This document shows positions 1 through 58,879 of a stretch of 64,000 nucleotides of DNA, in pieces. Position numbers and translations under genes: made by a program. How positions within the stretch are numbered: the first letter of the stretch is position 1; the number at the start of each line of letters is the position of its first letter. The notes below the pieces were generated by a model. The model saw only the letters and a program-made list of their open reading frames with translations, was not told where the DNA came from and searched no databases. The stretch lies in the NCBI RefSeq assembly GCF_009914755.1, contig NC_060933.1; one strand, given 5' to 3'. The DNA comes from the human T2T-CHM13v2.0 reference genome, Homo sapiens.

Positions 1-305
1 GCCTGGGCTTTGGTATTGAAAGCTAGAGAAGGGGAATGTCCTAGTATCCAGCAGCTGGTTCAGGAGGGTGGGTGGCTCCCACTGTTGCTCCACAGGCAAA
101 GGAGAGCTCTAACAAAGTATGCATTAGGGAGAGTCCTCCTCTAAAAATATCTGGCCATTTCAGCAGGTGAAGTGTGTCTTTAAGAGGGTGTCTGCCCTTT
201 AGACTGATATCTGTACTTCTCAAGGGGCATTTGCTCAAATAAAAACCATGGATGTTTTGAGCGCTTGCATCATCCAAGCTTCTCTGACTAAAATATAGAG
301 TCACT

Positions 306-1035
306 GTATTAGTTCGCTAGGCCTGCTATAACAAAGCACTACAGAATGGGTAGCTTATGCAACAGAAGCATTATCTCCTCACAGCGCTGGAGGTTAGAAG
401 TCCAAGATCAAGGTGAGATCAAGGTGGATTTCTTGTAAGGTCAGTCTGCTTGGCTTGTACATGGCAATGTTCTCCATTTGTCTTCACAGGGTCTTCCCTC
501 TGTATGTGGTTATATCCCAATCTCTTGTAAGGACAACAGTTTTCTTAGTCTGTTTTCTGTTGCTATAACAGAATACCTGAGACAGGGTAATTTATAAAGA
601 GAAGAGGTTTATTTAAAAGAAATGAAAGGGAGACGAGGGAGATAGGAAAAGGAAACAAAAAAGAGACAAACTTTGCTTCATAACAACCCACTCTCACTGG
701 AACTAATCCAACCCAATGAGAGCAAGAACACCCTCCCCTGGGACTGCATGAATCCCTTAATTGGGGTGGATTATTACCATGGCTCATGACTCAAACTCCT
801 CTTAAAGGTACTACCTCCCAGCATCACTATATTTGGGGACCAAGCCTCAACATGAGTTTTGAAGATGACCACATTCAAACCATAACATGAGGTATACTGC
901 ATTAGGGCCCATCCCAGTGACCTCATTTGATCTGAATTACCTCTTTAAAAACGGCAAATACAGTCACATTCTGAGGTACTGAGAGTTGGAACTTCAACCT
1001 ATGAACTTAGGGGAGATACAATTCCATCCATAACC
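306..1035 (-). mobile_element. MaLR LTR (MLT1C-like) interrupted by an MST-type LTR at ~541-887
   Basis: tgtattagtt...gaagtccaagatcaaggtg start and gtcacattctgaggtactg end; internal tcttagtctgttttctgttgctataacagaatacctgagac...attcaaaccataaca. Confidence 0.7.
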
Positions 1036-1680
1036 ATTACCTACAAGGGTGGCCTACAGAGGGGGTGTCTTGTCAGAGATGGAGACCCCAGCTATCCCTG
1101 TGGACCCTATTGCAGGTTTTTAACAGTCCTCACAGCCTGAGACAGTTGGTTGCTCCCTCTCATACAGCTAGGCTTCCAGGATTTTGCAAGGCCCTGACAG
1201 GCCTCAAAGCCATGTCAGCCTAATAATGAGGGCCTCCGTCTGCTGTGCTTGCCAAAATTGTTATGGCAACCAGAGCTAAAGGACTGCAGTGCTCAGATCG
1301 GGCTGTGCCAGCTCCAGCTCTGGCTCGCTTACCTTATCGTGAGCTTGAGGCACTCAGAGGCAGCCCATCTCCCTGGCATGAGCTGGTCTCAACCGCTTGG
1401 GGTGATGGTATTTTGAAAATGCCATTATAGAGTGCTGGGTTCCTTACGGCAGTGTGCCCAGGCCTCAAAGTGATGGTGAATGGTTTCTGGGACAAAGAAG
1501 GGTTGGTAAAATCTCCTGTAGCCAGGTACTAGAAGAAATAGACAGAGTAGGGGTTACTATGCACCCTTTCCACATTGCTAGAAGTAACTGTTCTGACCAG
1601 GTGAACTGGTATTTGGATAAATGCTTTCACAGTCTCAGAGAAGTCAGACCCTTGGATTGATTTGCTCTTGAACAAAAAAA

Positions 1681-2592
1681 TTTTTTTTTTCACTGTGAAA
1701 ATGCTTTCTTTGGGGTGTCTTTAGAACATGTGATGTCAAGACACAACAGCAAGCGCACATACACTAAGACATGGCTGTCATAGAACAGATTGTGCGTGAA
1801 TAAAGGGTTCACACCACTTCCACCCTTTACACAGTAACAGAAGGCTCTAGGCCACCTACCTCCTCCTTGGCTCACTCAAACTCTTCCTCCTCAGCCGTGG
1901 CCTCCTGCTACTGCTGGTACTCAGACACCAGGTCGTTCATGTTGCTTTCAGCCTCGGTGAATTCCATCTCATCCATGCCCTCGCCCGTGTACCAGTACAG
2001 GAAAGCTTTGCACCGAAGTATACCTGTGAACTGCTCTGAGATGCCCTTGATCAGATCCTAGATAGCAGTGTTGTTGCCAGTGAAGGTGGCCGGACATCTT
2101 TAGCCCTGAGGGTGGGAAGTCACACACAGCTGTTTTTATATCTTGGGGGATCCAACCAACAAAGTAGCTGCTGTTCATATTTTGGGCATTAAGCATGTGC
2201 ATGTCCACCTCCTTCATGGACATGTGGCCCCTGAACATGGCAGCTACCATTACGTAGCAACCATGGCAGAGGTTGCAGGCAGCCATCATATTCTTGGCAT
2301 CAAAGAACTGCCAAGTGGGCTCACGCACCATGAGGGCCCAGTACTGCTGGTTGTCCCAGCTGGTCAGCAGGGGGAAGCCATACATGAAGTGCAGGTGGGG
2401 GAACAGGACCATGTTTGCGGCCAGCTTCTGCAAGTCAGCATTGAGTTGGCCAGGGAAATGCAGACAGATGGTGACCCCACTCATGGCTGCAGACACCAGG
2501 TGGTTCAAGTCACTGTAGGTAGGTGTGGGCAGCTTTAGGGTTCTGAGGCAGATGTCATAGAGAGCTTTATTTATTATCATTGCAGAAGGTCT
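1681..2592 (-). pseudogene. TUBB8P1: 5'-truncated processed beta-tubulin pseudogene (TUBB4B/TUBB8-like)
   Basis: The minus strand reads [25 protein letters not shown]...FPGQLNADL...[28 protein letters not shown], with frameshifts and stops. Terminal stop at 1847-1849, a TUBB4B/8-type 3'UTR ending AGCATTTTCACAGTG, and a poly(A) remnant (T10 at 1681-1690). The symbol is assigned from its known position in MTAP intron 1. Confidence 0.9.
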
Positions 2593-3044
2593 AGTTTTGA
2601 GAAGTTTGGTTTGATGGTCAGTCCGTGGAAAAGTGTGGCATGAGCCACTAGCTTTTAAAATCTGTCAAGGACCTTGATTGACTCCCTATTTCAGAACTCT
2701 ATCTTGTGTAATAAAGAAGTCCTGGCTGGGCAGAAATTCCATCTCAGGTCTTGAACACATTTCCTACACAGTCTAGAATTAACTGGACTGAGGACTGACG
2801 CTTCCTGCCCAGGAGGCCTGGCAAGGTCTTGTCATTGTTTCCTGAGGGTGGATGAGGTCATTAAGAAAGAGTTTTCCTCCCCTCTGAGATGATTCACTCA
2901 GATACCTGGAGTCACTGTTTCTGTGCTTGTTCTGTGACCTTCGTCATGAACTTGACCTCTCTGAGCATGTTGTCTCATAACATGGAGACAAATAACTTTT
3001 CTAATAAGGTATAATGTTATGGAGGACTCCAGGGGATATTGGGA

Positions 3045-3275
3045 GAGGGCACATCATAGTGGTTAAGCCTGAAAGACCTAGATTTGTATCCCAGCTTTGC
3101 TCCTTATGATTGGCCCCTGGACGAGGTTTTTAATTTTTGTGCTTCTCTTTCTTCGTTTGTAAAACGGGTAACATTCTATAGGGCCCATCTTATGGTCCTG
3201 ATGATGAAATAAGGTAAGGCCACTGAAGCACTTAGCACAGTGCCTTTAACATGTAAGTCCACAGACACAGTTACT
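3045..3275 (+). mobile_element. MIR SINE
   Basis: tagtggttaag...tcccagctttgc...tgtaaaacggg...agcacttagcacagtgcct core. Confidence 0.65.
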
Positions 3276-4269
3276 TTATAACTAAGGCAGTACTGAGTTG
3301 ACACAAACTTAGAGACTCAAAGGAATGTGGATAGAATTGGGCCATCAGTGCTTGGGTACTTCATCCCAGTTGTACTTTGCTGTGGAGCCAGCAGGTGGCG
3401 ACATTGGCCACATCTTGGCCCTGCTGGCCTCCATCTTAGAGGTCCAGTTTCCTGGGATGGCGGGACTCAGTTGCTACACTTGTCCCTGTATCCCTCGCAC
3501 AATGTAGGTTTCCGTAAACAACTGGACCTAGTAAAGTGACTGGATGGGCTTGCCTGCAGATCATTCCAGAGCAGTAGCCACTCTTGCTTTCATGTCCAGG
3601 GCTACTACATGTTCCTTGCTGAGGGCTGAGTTGCCAGCTACCTGGTGCAGAGTCATTATGCAGCCAGGTGGTGCAGACTGAAGCTTGGGGTTGCTGAGAG
3701 TGAGCTCAGGGGCTCTGAAATTCAGCGGGACACCTGGTTAGCATTTCTCAACAACTGCTACAATGCTGGGCAAGTTCACCTAAACTCAGAGGGTGGCTCC
3801 AAACAAAGCCCAACTCGATTTGTGTATTTGATCCCGAGCATCCAGTGTTGAATCCAGAATCTGAGATGCCCTGGCTCAGGGAACACCCAGAAACAGCCAG
3901 GCCAAAGTGGTGATAAGTTAAAAAGCTAGTAGCTGAATCCCCAGGGAGCTGGCTGAGAGTAATTTCAGAGTCAGCAGTTCATATCTGTGTCCCAGGTGAG
4001 GATATGGGCTGGATGGTTTCTTAGCCTCCTCATGACCTGTGGTGCTTCAGAGGTCCACGGAATGAAGGATAAGATGGAGAAGCCAGGCTAAGGAAGGATT
4101 GGGATTTCCTAAAACAGTATGAATTTTTGTTATTTTCTATTGAAGTGCCGTAATTTAAATGTATTGACTTAAGTGAACACTTCTGTTGATTTGAAAGCTA
4201 TAATACTGGTTACTCTTTGTTCGTTGACATAAAAGTATGTTAACCTGCTGTGGTTTTAATAATATACCT

Positions 4270-4284
4270 CCACAAGATGGCGCC
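4270..4284 (+). promoter_or_regulatory. Candidate CTCF site with overlapping YY1-type core
   Basis: CCACAAGATGGCGCC fits the CTCF core CCAC-N-AG-R-KGGCGC; AAGATGGCG is the YY1 core. Confidence 0.6.
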
Positions 4285-5662
4285 AACATCAAAGCCTGGC
4301 TTTGCCACTTAAGGAAATTGTGGTGGACAGTCACAAATTATGTAACCATGTCATGGGAAACAGGCAGAGTTCTTCAGTAAAAACCTCACTAAATTGTCCT
4401 TATTTTCTTGTTTGTTTTTTGTTGTTGTTGCTTTTTTTGTGTGTGTGTTTTGTTTTTTTCAGGAAACTGAGCCAGAAAGGTAACCATTTTTTTACGTGTT
4501 GATAGGACTCAACTTGTGTAACCTGACCTGAAAATTATTTAATGCAGATGTTCACTGAATTCTTAATCCTGGAATTTTTTTCTTGAGGCCTACTTTATTT
4601 TATTTAGTTACCCTTGTGACAATAGATTTAAAGCTTTTCATTGAAAAACAACAATGCTCAGGTCACTTCGCATTAATTAGGTTTCTAATAAAGTTAGCCT
4701 GGCACTGTTTACTCTCTAGGAGGTACCAGCCCAAGGAAATTTCCCTAATGATTTGTTACTTATTTTTAGTTTTAACAGTTTAGTTAATTTTTATTTATTT
4801 TTGTAATTGTTCTTGTTTGTCTTTCTTAATCATCAAATTAGATCAACTCTCAGAGGATAGTGCTAGGTTTCTTTAACTCAGACAAGGACTTTCAAGATAA
4901 TCTCTGAAAAATGCAATACAATGCATGAACTTAAAAAAAACTTATAACTACCTTTTGAATTATTTATATTTGCATAAATGTATTTACTGAGTAATATACA
5001 TGAGTATGCTATATGTATATTTACAACATGTAAATATGAATTTGCATACATATATGAATGATTGTTTTCATAAATGTATATGCGGGTAACTTTTCATGCA
5101 ATTTCAGTCTCCTCTGTCTGCATTCTCTCCTAGCTCTGTGATTCTAATGGCGTGGGAAAGATAATCTCTCATTTCTTTATCAAATAGAACAGTGAGGAGA
5201 AATCAATACCAAATGGAATACCTAATATTTTATATCCCAGCAGTCTTCTGAACATTGTTTATTCTATAGTCCATTTGACAGAGAAACAAAATTGATCAGA
5301 AGGTACTTTCCACTACCATACTTGCCTACTTTTAGGTTTGATTTTCTACCTTGAGTTGGTTAAAATACCTCTCTATGCTGACTTGTAATTCAGACAGTCA
5401 GAAGTAAATGTGATGTAGTCCAAAAAGGTGCCCTACGTTTTGGTTACTTATAGAATATAGAAGGCCTTCAAATGTTTGTTGATTTTTATGGAAGGCTTTG
5501 AAATATTTGTTGATTGATGTTCAGTAATTTTCAGATTTCAAAAAAATAACTAGGGCTTGGCAGGAATGGAGAAGAGCATATGAATAAATGAATTTGCTTA
5601 GAATCTTATTTCTAATAAAAATTACCAAATACAATAATCTTCTCTGTCTTTTTCTCTCTTAG

Positions 5663-52257
<46,595 letters not shown>

Positions 52258-53503
52258 AGTAGCATGGCTGCCCAGGAGAAAAGAAGACATTCTAATTCCA
52301 GTCATTTTGGGAATTCCTGCTTAACTTGAAAAAAATATGGGAAAGACATGCAGCTTTCATGCCCTTGCCTATCAAAGAGTATGTTGTAAGAAAGACAAGA
52401 CATTGTGTGTATTAGAGACTCCTGAATGATTTAGACAACTTCAAAATACAGAAGAAAAGCAAATGACTAGTAAACATGTGGGAAAAAATATTACATTTTA
52501 AGGGGGAAAAAAAACCCCACCATTCTCTTCTCCCCCTATTAAATTTGCAACAATAAAGGGTGGAGGGTAATCTCTACTTTCCTATACTGCCAAAGAATGT
52601 GAGGAAGAAATGGGACTCTTTGGTTATTTATTGATGCGACTGTAAATTGGTACAGTATTTCTGGAGGGCAATTTGGTAAAATGCATCAAAAGACTTAAAA
52701 ATACGGACGTACTTTGTGCTGGGAACTCTACATCTAGCAATTTCTCTTTAAAACCATATCAGAGATGCATACAAAGAATTATATATAAAGAAGGGTGTTT
52801 AATAATGATAGTTATAATAATAAATAATTGAAACAATCTGAATCCCTTGCAATTGGAGGTAAATTATGTCTTAGTTATAATTAGATTGTGAATCAGCCAA
52901 CTGAAAATCCTTTTTGCATATTTCAATGTCCTAAAAAGACACGGTTGCTCTATATATGAAGTGAAAAAAGGATATGGTAGCATTTTATAGTACTAGTTTT
53001 GCTTTAAAATGCTATGTAAATATACAAAAAAACTAGAAAGAAATATATATAACCTTGTTATTGTATTTGGGGGAGGGATACTGGGATAATTTTTATTTTC
53101 TTTGAATCTTTCTGTGTCTTCACATTTTTCTACAGTGAATATAATCAAATAGTAAAGTTGTTGTAAAAATAAAAGTGGATTTAGAAAGATCCAGTTCTTG
53201 AAAACACTGTTTCTGGTAATGAAGCAGAATTTAAGTTGGTAATATTAAGGTGAATGTCATTTAAGGGAGTTACATCTTTATTCTGCTAAAGAAGAGGATC
53301 ATTGATTTCTGTACAGTCAGAACAGTACTTGGGTTTGCAACAGCTTTCTGAGAAAAGCTAGGTGTTTAATAGTTTAACTGAAAGTTTAACTATTTAAAAG
53401 ACTAAATGCACATTTTATGGTATCTGATATTTTAAAAAGTAATGTTTGATTCTCCTTTTTATGAGTTAAATTATTTTATACGAGTTGGTAATTTTTGCTT
53501 TTT

Positions 53504-53509
53504 AATAAA
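53504..53509 (+). terminator. Candidate proximal poly(A) signal of MTAP
   Basis: AATAAA followed by a T-rich downstream element (53522-53550). Confidence 0.6.
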
Positions 53510-53568
53510 GTGGAAGCTTGCTTTTTTAACTCTTTTTTTATTGTTATTTTATAGAAATGCTTTTTGTT

Positions 53569-53909
<341 letters not shown>

Positions 53910-55314
53910 TTATCATGGGGAGATCTTTTTCCTCAGAATTGTTTTCTTTTCACTGTAGGCTATTACAGGATACTTCAGGATCAAGATACAGAACCTTTTA
54001 TTTAAAGAGTTTGTAAAGTCAATGTGTTTGTTTGTGTCTCTGAGATTGACTTCAAGATAATAAGCTGCTAATTGTAAACAAAACAGTTACCCTCCAGTAT
54101 TAATATGACTCATTAGTGTGAGCCATTTGGGTCAAGTATGATTATGACCCTTGGACTTCCTGATGTAGTATTAAATTTCAACTCTGGTTATCCATTAGCA
54201 ATCTGTAGAGAACTTAATGAACCTGAACCCAGGCTTCTCTAGCTCTGGTAACGTGTGATTGTTTTCACTACAATATGATACATAGATGGTACCTTACTTT
54301 TCCTCATTCTTAATAGGTGTCTAAGAATGTCAGGGCAAAAATATGGGCATTTTTCTTGCTATGTTCAGAAAGTACAGTTCTCTCCAACTTGCAGAGGTAC
54401 TTTTCTTGATTAAATAGCCTTCTCTAGCAACATCATTTTCAGACTAACTAAATGAATGCAGTATACTCTTTTCTTTGTTCTCAATCATTCACTCCTTATG
54501 CAAAGCCAATATAATTTTCCTCATACCTTATGCTTGAGGATATTGTTGAAGAACACTTCCTGGAACACTTCTCACTTGTGATGCTGTACTAATTTTTTTT
54601 TTTTTAATTTAAGCTAGTATATTAAGTGAACACCATGGTCAGTTGTGAGCATTTTGGTTTCCGCAAAGGATGGATGGTGAGCATCATGGGAAAGCTGTAG
54701 TTTAGTGACTTAGCCCTTAGTGATTAATAGATTTGCATGTACATAGAAGTCTTTGTTGGCCTTATAATCTGCTGTTATGTTTGGCATGGATTTTCATGGT
54801 TTTGAGAATGACATCCTGGCCCTGTGGTCCCCGAGGGTCATGGTCCTTGTGACCTGGCCCCTGTTCACTGCCCCCTTCGCTAGCACGAGTTGCTGTGCAG
54901 GGCTGGAGGTAGCTACCATGGCTTGTTTCAAGGAAGGAAACTCTGGTACGGTGGCACCCTCAGGAGTGGAGGACAGTGAACTTCCTTGAAGAGGGAGTGA
55001 CTAAGGTGACCTCCAACCTGCCCTGAGCCAGCTGCCCTGCAGGTGCCACGTGAGCCTGCTCTGGCATCCACAGGATGCTCCTGGAGCCTCTTCTCTGGCT
55101 GCTACCTCAGGGCATGGTTGTGGCCCCACCAACACCTATTTTCCAAATAATTATTCATTCTTGTGACAGTGGCCTGAACATGTTTTTAATTTTCTCAACA
55201 AGCATTTAGCCAGCACTTATCCAGTGAAACAATTTGATAAGGTTTCAAGGAGTATCTGATGGGTTAGGAAGTCACGAAATGAGGAGTTCTTGCCACATTT
55301 GCAGAGTCCCTCCT

Positions 55315-55685
55315 TGATAAGGTTTGGCGGTGTCCCCACCCAAATCTCACGTTGAATTGTAGTTCCCATAATCCCCACATGTTGTGGGAGGGACCCAGTG
55401 GGAGGTAATTAAATCATGGGGGTGGTTACCCCCACACTGCTGTTCTCATGATACTGAGTTCTCACAAGTCCTGTTTGTTTTATAAGGGGCTTTTCCCCCT
55501 TTTGCTCAACACTTCTTCCTGCCATCATGTGAAGAAGGACGTGTTTGTTTCCCCTTCTGCCACGATTGTAAGTTTCCTGAGGCCTTCCCAGCTATGTGGA
55601 ACTGTGAGTTAATTAAACCTCTTTCCTTTATAAATTACCCAGTCATGGGCAGTCCTTTACAGCAGCATGAGAATGGACTAATACA
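55315..55685 (+). mobile_element. THE1 (C/D-like) solo LTR in the 3'UTR
   Basis: TGATAAGGTTTGG...GGACTAATACA, 371 bp; perfect 5-bp TSD CTCCT at 55310-55314 and 55686-55690. Confidence 0.93.
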
Positions 55686-56190
55686 CTCCTCAAATGTTTT
55701 GAAGATTGTTGCACCTTGGAACTACCAGTGTGCACACAATCTGGCTCAATGTATATATTGGCCCAGCAAGGCAAAGAACTGAAGTTCCAGGATGGAAGAA
55801 CCTGTGTTCTCCTCATAATAGTATAGAATAATTCAAGATAGGCAAGAAGGACAGCAGTAAATGAAGACCATGGAAGAAAAGAAGGAATGCCAAAGATCGA
55901 GGAAATCTACCAAGACTAGTAGGGTAGTCCAGAAGAAGCTGTTTCAGGGCCTGTTGCCAGCTATGCCTTTGAGAACCTCGGGATCCCAAAGAATGAGGGG
56001 AATTTCTTCAGAAAGACAATCTCGGCATGCATTATTTCTTTGTTTTGAAGATTCACTCATGTTGCATGCATCTGTAGCTTGTGCCCTTTTTATTGCCTAG
56101 TAGTATTCTGTCATATGCCTATCTTACAATTTGATTATCTATTCACCTGTTGATGAATGTTTGAATTTTTTCCATTTGAGGAATTTTATG

Positions 56191-56196
56191 AATAAA
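56191..56196 (+). terminator. Candidate distal poly(A) signal of MTAP, inside an old antisense L1
   Basis: AATAAA with GT/T-rich sequence at 56221-56231. Confidence 0.55.
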
Positions 56197-56683
56197 GCTG
56201 CTCTAAGCATGAAATTACAAGTCTTTTTGTGAACATATTTTCACTTGTGCAAATGCCTATACTCCCACCAGTAATTTGTAAGAATTCTTGACAAAGCTTG
56301 GTATTGTCAGCGTTTTTAATTTTAGCCATTCTATTGGGTATATTTTGATATCTCGTGGTTTTGATTTGCATTTTTCTGATTAAAGATGTTGAACTTCTTT
56401 TCATGTGCTTATTGGCCATTCACATATTTCGTGAACTATCTGTACAAATATTTTTGTTTATTAAAAAATTAGATTGTTTTGTTTTATTATTGAATAGTAA
56501 GAATTGTTTATATATTCTGGATACACTCTTTTTCAGATATGTGTGTTGTGACTATTGTTAGTCTTTAGCTTGCCTTTTCATTTTCTTAATTATGTCTTTC
56601 AAAGAACAAGTTTTTCATTTTGACGAAGCCTAGTTTATCAATTTTTTTTATGGTTGGTGCTTTTTGTGTGTTCCAAGAAATCT

Positions 56684-56793
56684 TTGCCTACTCATTTAAT
56701 TACCTGTGTGCCCTTGTCAAAATCATTTAATTTTGACTACTCATTTAATTACCTTGCCTACTCATTTAATTACCTGTGTGCCCTTGTCAAAAT
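56684..56793 (+). repeat. Complex direct duplication (40 bp x2 with templated spacer)
   Basis: 56684-56723 is identical to 56754-56793; the spacer contains sub-copies CATTTAATT and CTACTCATTTAATTACC. Confidence 0.9.
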
Positions 56794-58879
56794 TTACTGT
56801 TTATCTGTGAATCTGGATGATCTATTTATGTCATTTATCTATGTGTCTCTTCTTATGCCAGTACCCCACTGTCTTGATTATTGTGGCTTTATGGTGTCTT
56901 GAAATTAAGTATTGTTAAGCTTTGCAATCTTTTCCAAGATTGTTTTGGCTATAGGTCCTTTCTTTATAAAGTTTATATTAAGCTTCTCCATTTTTCTTTA
57001 AGAAAAAATCTGCTGGAATGGCACTGAATTTTTAGGTCGATTTGGGAAGAATTGACAATATTGAACCTTTCAATCGATGGACATGGTATGTTTCTGCATT
57101 TATTTGGGCCTTTTAAAATTTATCTCAGCAATATTTTGTAGTTTTAGTGAAGAACTCTTGTATATATCTTTTGTTAAATGTATTCCTAAATATTTTGTGG
57201 AAATGTTACTGTAAATAGTACTTTAATTTCATTTTTAAGTTTATTGCTGGTATACAGAAATATGTTTTATTTTTGTATATTGACTTTATATTCTGTAATC
57301 TTATTAAATTCACTTAGTTCAGTAGTAGTTCTTATTTTTATTTTATTGCAAGTGCCTTAGGGATACCTTGTGTACACAATCATGTCATATATGAATAACA
57401 ACAGTTTACCTTTTGTTTCTTCTTGCTTTGTCGTAATGGCTAGGACCTTCAACCTAATGTTGAATAGAAGCGGTGTGTGAGTTGTTACTCTTGTCTTATT
57501 CTCAACAGCAGAGGATAGCGTCTAGTTTTTCACTATTAAAATATGTTAGCTATAGGTTTTTTCCGTTTCATGTTTTTATCAGATTGAAGATCCCTTTTAT
57601 TCCTATTTTGCCAAGAGTGTCATGAATGCATGTTGAATTTCACCAAGTACTTTTTCCTGCATCTGTTGAGAGAATCTTGACTTTTCTCTTTTATTTTGTT
57701 AATGTAGATTCTTTAATGTTAAACTGATCTTGCATTCCTGATATAAACCATACTTAGTCATGATATGTTATCCCCTTTATATAATGCTGGATTCGGTTTG
57801 CAAATATTTTGTTTGATTTTTGCATCTATGCTCATGAGACAGATTGGTCTGTGATTTTCCTTTCTTGTAAGTCTTGTCAGGTGTCAGGGCTTGGTTAATT
57901 TTGACACATTTACAAACATATATTTTTAAGATAAAAATAAACTTCAAAAAAAAAAAAGATGACGACAGCCTGAGTTGTTTATATACAGAATTTGTTAACC
58001 AAAAAGATTGAAAAAGGCTGGAACAGCAGGTTACATTTGATACCTGAAAATATTTTGCAGCTATAAATGCATCTTGGAACTGTTATAGGCAAAAGCTTGG
58101 GAATGGCTAAAATTCTCAGTGTCATAGGATGTTTTAAATAAACTAAGGTACATCAATTCAAATAAGTAATGTGCAGTTGTCAAAAAGAATAGATATCTGT
58201 TTATGCACCAGTATGGAACAATGTTCATGACAAAAGGGGAAATCAAAAATACATAGAGTAAAATAAGTTTGTGGTGATGTATAGATAGGATGTTTATACT
58301 TCATATTTCCAGAAAGGTTCTGGAAAGAAACTTATTGATGGCTTCTGAGGGATGAATCAAGAGACTTAAACTGTCTACTTCATACCTTTCTATAGTGGTT
58401 GAATTTTTCACCACAGGCAACTGTTCCTTTAATTGATATATTTTAAGGAATGGATACTAGAGGAGACCTAGCTTCATAGCAGTTTATGTAACATGAGATA
58501 AAATATATGATTCTTGGCATTAACTTCTGATAGGTTGTGCTTGGGGCACTATATCCAGTTCTGGGCACAATGCTTTCAGGAGGATGACTATCTAAAAAGC
58601 ACCAAGAGAAGAGTGAAGGGACTGAAAAAACCATGCCACATATGTAATACTTAAATGGGTTAAGTATATCTAACTACTTAGGAGAAAGCCTTCAATGAGA
58701 ACTTTGTTTAGGGGCTGTCATTCTCTTACAGACATGTGCCTCCCTCACTGTTCTGTAAGCTTTTGTAAAGGCAGGAGTTGTTTTTTTAACTCATCAGTTT
58801 AGGAGCCTCTTTTCCTTGTATTTAGCACAAACTCAACAAATATTTGTGTAAATAAAAATCTGATTACGTTTCTTTCCTA

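Larger units (their letters stand above)
56030..57890 (-). mobile_element. Old L1M (ORF2/3') fragment
   Basis: gtggttttgatttgcatttttctgat...tgaacttcttttcatgtgcttattggccatt; atgttgaatagaagcggtg. Confidence 0.75.

Noticed and set aside
2143-2538. Plus-strand 131-aa and 81-aa ORFs
   Set aside because: Antisense shadows of the tubulin pseudogene frame
4968-5047. Two ATTTGCAT octamer motifs
   Set aside because: They lie in low-complexity AT-rich sequence where such matches are expected; no independent support
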